A stretch of DNA of 64,000 nucleotides from Candidatus Thermosaccharophagus gerlachensis (lineage in GTDB: Bacteria > Armatimonadota > Fervidibacteria > Fervidibacterales > Thermosaccharophagaceae). The notes below the pieces were generated by a model. That model made no database searches and was not told where the DNA came from. It was given only the letters and a program-made list of their open reading frames with translations. How positions within the stretch are numbered: position 1 is the first letter of the stretch; every line of letters begins with the position of its first letter. Positions 61,874 to 64,000 of the stretch are shown here, in pieces. The stretch lies in the NCBI GenBank assembly GCA_041538025.1, contig JBGOEV010000001.1, positions 14,205-78,204 of the forward strand, read 5' to 3'. A program made the translations under genes and the position numbers.

Positions 61874-63769
61874 TCACTTTACCTTGAGAGGCAATTCACA
61901 GCGTCCTTCAATGACATAATCGGTCCTTATGCTAACCGAACTCAGCGGATGGGGAAACCCTATGGGGTGCACGTCTATCTCATCGGTGCGCCGAAATAGT
62001 TCTTGTAGCTCCGCGCCTTCTGCAGTTATACTCCGATAAGTCATGTCAAACTTCTCAAGCAACCTGCGGAAACGCCAGTCAGCAGCATCCCAAATCTCGA
62101 CGAGCACATCGTTACCTCTTGGTTCTTCTCTTAGTGCCTTGAGCAGTTCATCAAACGAACTTGGGAAACCACGGTCAGTTACTTGCCTGCTCAAAATGCG
62201 CCCTGCAACTTCATCAAAGTTTTGCTTACAGCGTGCCACAACAACAATGTCGTTTGGCGCATCTTCTGGTATACGCAACTTGATGGTTTTAATTTCGGTG
62301 TCCCCCATGAACGGTTGTAAGTGGACATGAAGCTCAATTTCTCCTCCCCTACGCACAGCACCATTTGCAAGTGATAGTTTGCATATGCGTGCAGTCATGC
62401 GCTTCTGCGAGAGTTTTACATTGACCTCAACATCTTTTAAATCCAATCTTTTGAACTCGTTATCCACTAACGCCTTAAGCCACTTCGTGAACTTGTTTGC
62501 GCACTTGACAGCTATATCCTCTGAGTAAGTTTTTTCATCACACTCAAGTTCACGATTATCGTTGCCTTCCCATCTCGCTTTCCAATACAGCTTTGCCGTC
62601 CCAGCGCCTATCCTGTCATAAACTTTATCAATTGCATCAAGCAAGATGATCCCGCAAAGCAATGGTAGCATCTTTTCCTCGGGCGTAACTTGGGCTGTAA
62701 CTTTTTGTGTTCTCTCCCCATCAACAGTTATACGAAGGGTTACCCACTCGGGTGAGCGACCAAGGTAGCCTGCTATCCCTTTATCTCTGTCTTGGGTGGC
62801 AACGCCGATAGTTGTGCCAAGCGGTGAGCCAACTTTAAACGGCATGATCAAGCTACGCACAACTTTGTGTATATATGCACCAGTCAAGCCGAGCTTTGTA
62901 GAACCACACTGGAGTAATGGATGCCCGAATGCAACGAATTTATTATCGCTGCAGTATGTAAGTGTTCCAAGTGCTGTTATAGAGATGTCGCCAGTTGCGA
63001 ACTGAAGTGCAATCGCAGAACCCATTTCAAGCGCTACGCTATCTTTTTGCATACTCATGGTGGACGATGGAACTGAGAACATCCCAAAGCGCCCACAAAG
63101 CCTTTTTAACTCTTCCATTGCTCTGCGTGAAAGCCCGCATACCATCAAGGGTGTCATCAACCTCGGCATAATGTTATCACTTGAACTGATGCTACGAATA
63201 TACCACCTAAAAATTGGGGTGCGGATGGAGAGCAAGACCCATTCCCAATTAAGTGGCGATGCTGGCATTATAGTTGTTCCAACAGGGTAGGGAGCTATGT
63301 GCTCACTGCTGTCGGTGAGGATATGTTGAGCATGCTTTGAAAAGCTTTTAAGGTTAGGTAACGTTGCTTCCTTCTTTTCGTCGTATTGAAAGATTGAGAG
63401 CATATCCTTAGCTGGCGTCATGTATGCGAATTTTGTATCGGAGAACGGCTCCGCAAAAGCTATCGCCCCAGCAAGTTCCCCATCTATGATTACTGGGCTA
63501 CCACTCATCCCAGCGCACACACCACCAATCTCGTCAATCCTCTTTCCACCAACACGCACCAAAACGATATCGGTTTGTGGCAATGAACCTTTCAGGACGT
63601 CAATTATTTCAACGCTAAAAGCCTCAACTTTAGTGCCTTCAAAAACTGTCTTACCAACGCCTTTCATCCCCGGCTTTATCTTGTCAGTGTCTATGATGGC
63701 TTTCACAGGCGTGATGGAAAACAAAAAAACGCACAGCACTATGTAGGTTTGTAGCAATCTCGCTTTCAT
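61874..63769 (-). CDS. Secreted peptidase S55 (SpoIVB-type serine protease) family protein
   Basis: The signal peptide is MKARLLQTYIVLCVFLFSITPVKA. The catalytic-Ser motif is GVCAGMSGSPVIIDGELAGAIAFA. A long C-terminal region follows. Confidence 0.65.
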   Translation of the reverse strand: MKARLLQTYIVLCVFLFSITPVKAIIDTDKIKPGMKGVGKTVFEGTKVEAFSVEIIDVLKGSLPQTDIVLVRVGGKRIDEIGGVCAGMSGSPVIIDGELAGAIAFAEPFSDTKFAYMTPAKDMLSIFQYDEKKEATLPNLKSFSKHAQHILTDSSEHIAPYPVGTTIMPASPLNWEWVLLSIRTPIFRWYIRSISSSDNIMPRLMTPLMVCGLSRRAMEELKRLCGRFGMFSVPSSTMSMQKDSVALEMGSAIALQFATGDISITALGTLTYCSDNKFVAFGHPLLQCGSTKLGLTGAYIHKVVRSLIMPFKVGSPLGTTIGVATQDRDKGIAGYLGRSPEWVTLRITVDGERTQKVTAQVTPEEKMLPLLCGIILLDAIDKVYDRIGAGTAKLYWKARWEGNDNRELECDEKTYSEDIAVKCANKFTKWLKALVDNEFKRLDLKDVEVNVKLSQKRMTARICKLSLANGAVRRGGEIELHVHLQPFMGDTEIKTIKLRIPEDAPNDIVVVARCKQNFDEVAGRILSRQVTDRGFPSSFDELLKALREEPRGNDVLVEIWDAADWRFRRLLEKFDMTYRSITAEGAELQELFRRTDEIDVHPIGFPHPLSSVSIRTDYVIEGRCELPLKVK

Positions 63770-63830
63770 GCTTTACACCGCCCTTTGTATTCATCTCAGT
63801 AGCATTGTGCTGTGGGCTAAGTTACATCCC

Positions 63831-64000
63831 TCAAAGTCTGAAAACCTTCGACCTATATTTTTCGTCCCTTGGTATTGCGTTGCGTGTATCAACGATTAAG
63901 CGTGCATGCTCAGCAATCCAATGCCAATCATATGTATCGTGGGGTGTCAACACAACTACGCAATCCACCGACGAGAGCAACTCCTCTGTTAGTTCTTGCG
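63831..64000 (-). CDS. 3' end of a nucleotide-sugar dehydrogenase (UDP-glucose/GDP-mannose dehydrogenase family), truncated by the window edge
   Basis: My manual reverse-strand translation reads ...QELTEELLSSVDCVVVLTPHDTYDWHWIAEHARLIVDTRNAIPRDEKYRSKVFRL*. The D-x-V-V-x-x-T-x-H...I-x-D-T-R-N pattern is typical of the C-terminal domain of this family. It falls below the 60-aa cut-off, so it is absent from the ORF track. Confidence 0.55.
   Translation of the reverse strand, partial: QELTEELLSSVDCVVVLTPHDTYDWHWIAEHARLIVDTRNAIPRDEKYRSKVFRL

Noticed and set aside
1-64000. I looked for defence islands, toxin-antitoxin pairs, integrases or transposases, inverted terminal repeats, prophage genes and abrupt composition shifts.
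   Set aside because: I recognised none. The gene content is housekeeping or metabolic throughout, and the base composition looks uniform by eye. A quantitative GC-skew or k-mer scan was not possible here.

Overview
This is a gene-dense chromosomal window. I call about 55 protein-coding genes. Reading by eye, I found no rRNA, tRNA, CRISPR array, transposase, integrase or prophage. The content points to a diderm, heterotrophic and probably thermophilic deep-branching bacterium, but I cannot assign a taxon from sequence alone. Gene order, left to right: (1) A pilus or secretion outer-membrane module: a PilP-like ORF, a truncated secretin paralog ending in a 116-aa tail made only of G/F/L/W/R, and a secretin, followed by aroC. 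(2) A polysaccharide-lyase locus: a ~1520-aa beta-propeller/heparinase II/III fusion, a LarA-like protein, a DAG-kinase-like protein, a second heparinase II/III protein and a KdgK-like PfkB kinase, with an orphan trpF on the opposite strand. (3) A solo NurA-like nuclease, a fused radical SAM protein, ftsZ, dxr and a cytidylate-kinase-like gene. (4) A secreted protein with secretin-N-like modules, an orphan ribose-type ABC permease, a D-aminoacylase, a Gfo/Idh/MocA oxidoreductase and a TPR protein. (5) A cell-envelope glycan operon: GT4, GT4, a CheY-like receiver and a polytopic membrane PHP phosphoesterase, plus a divergent GT4. (6) A Zn-ADH, nadB, a stand-alone ACT protein and aspartokinase. 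(7) A nuoA-C-D-H-J-K-L-M-N cluster that lacks nuoB, nuoI and nuoEFG, followed by ndk, a polyprenyl synthase and a sugar nucleotidyltransferase. (8) tsaD coupled to two unknown genes. (9) A minus-strand operon: porGD-porA-porB, a tandem USP and two divergent QueG/RdhA-like Fe-S proteins. (10) A beta-propeller glycosidase-like protein, a TPR/B-box protein, an S55 (SpoIVB-type) peptidase and the 3' end of a nucleotide-sugar dehydrogenase. The candidates I rate highest for undescribed biology are the secretin-associated Gly/Phe/Trp repeat protein, the PFOR-linked pair of QueG/RdhA-like reductases, the LarA-like and lipid-kinase-like insert in the lyase locus, and the membrane-PHP/receiver pair in the glycosyltransferase operon. 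All functional calls rest on motif recognition by eye. No database search was run.
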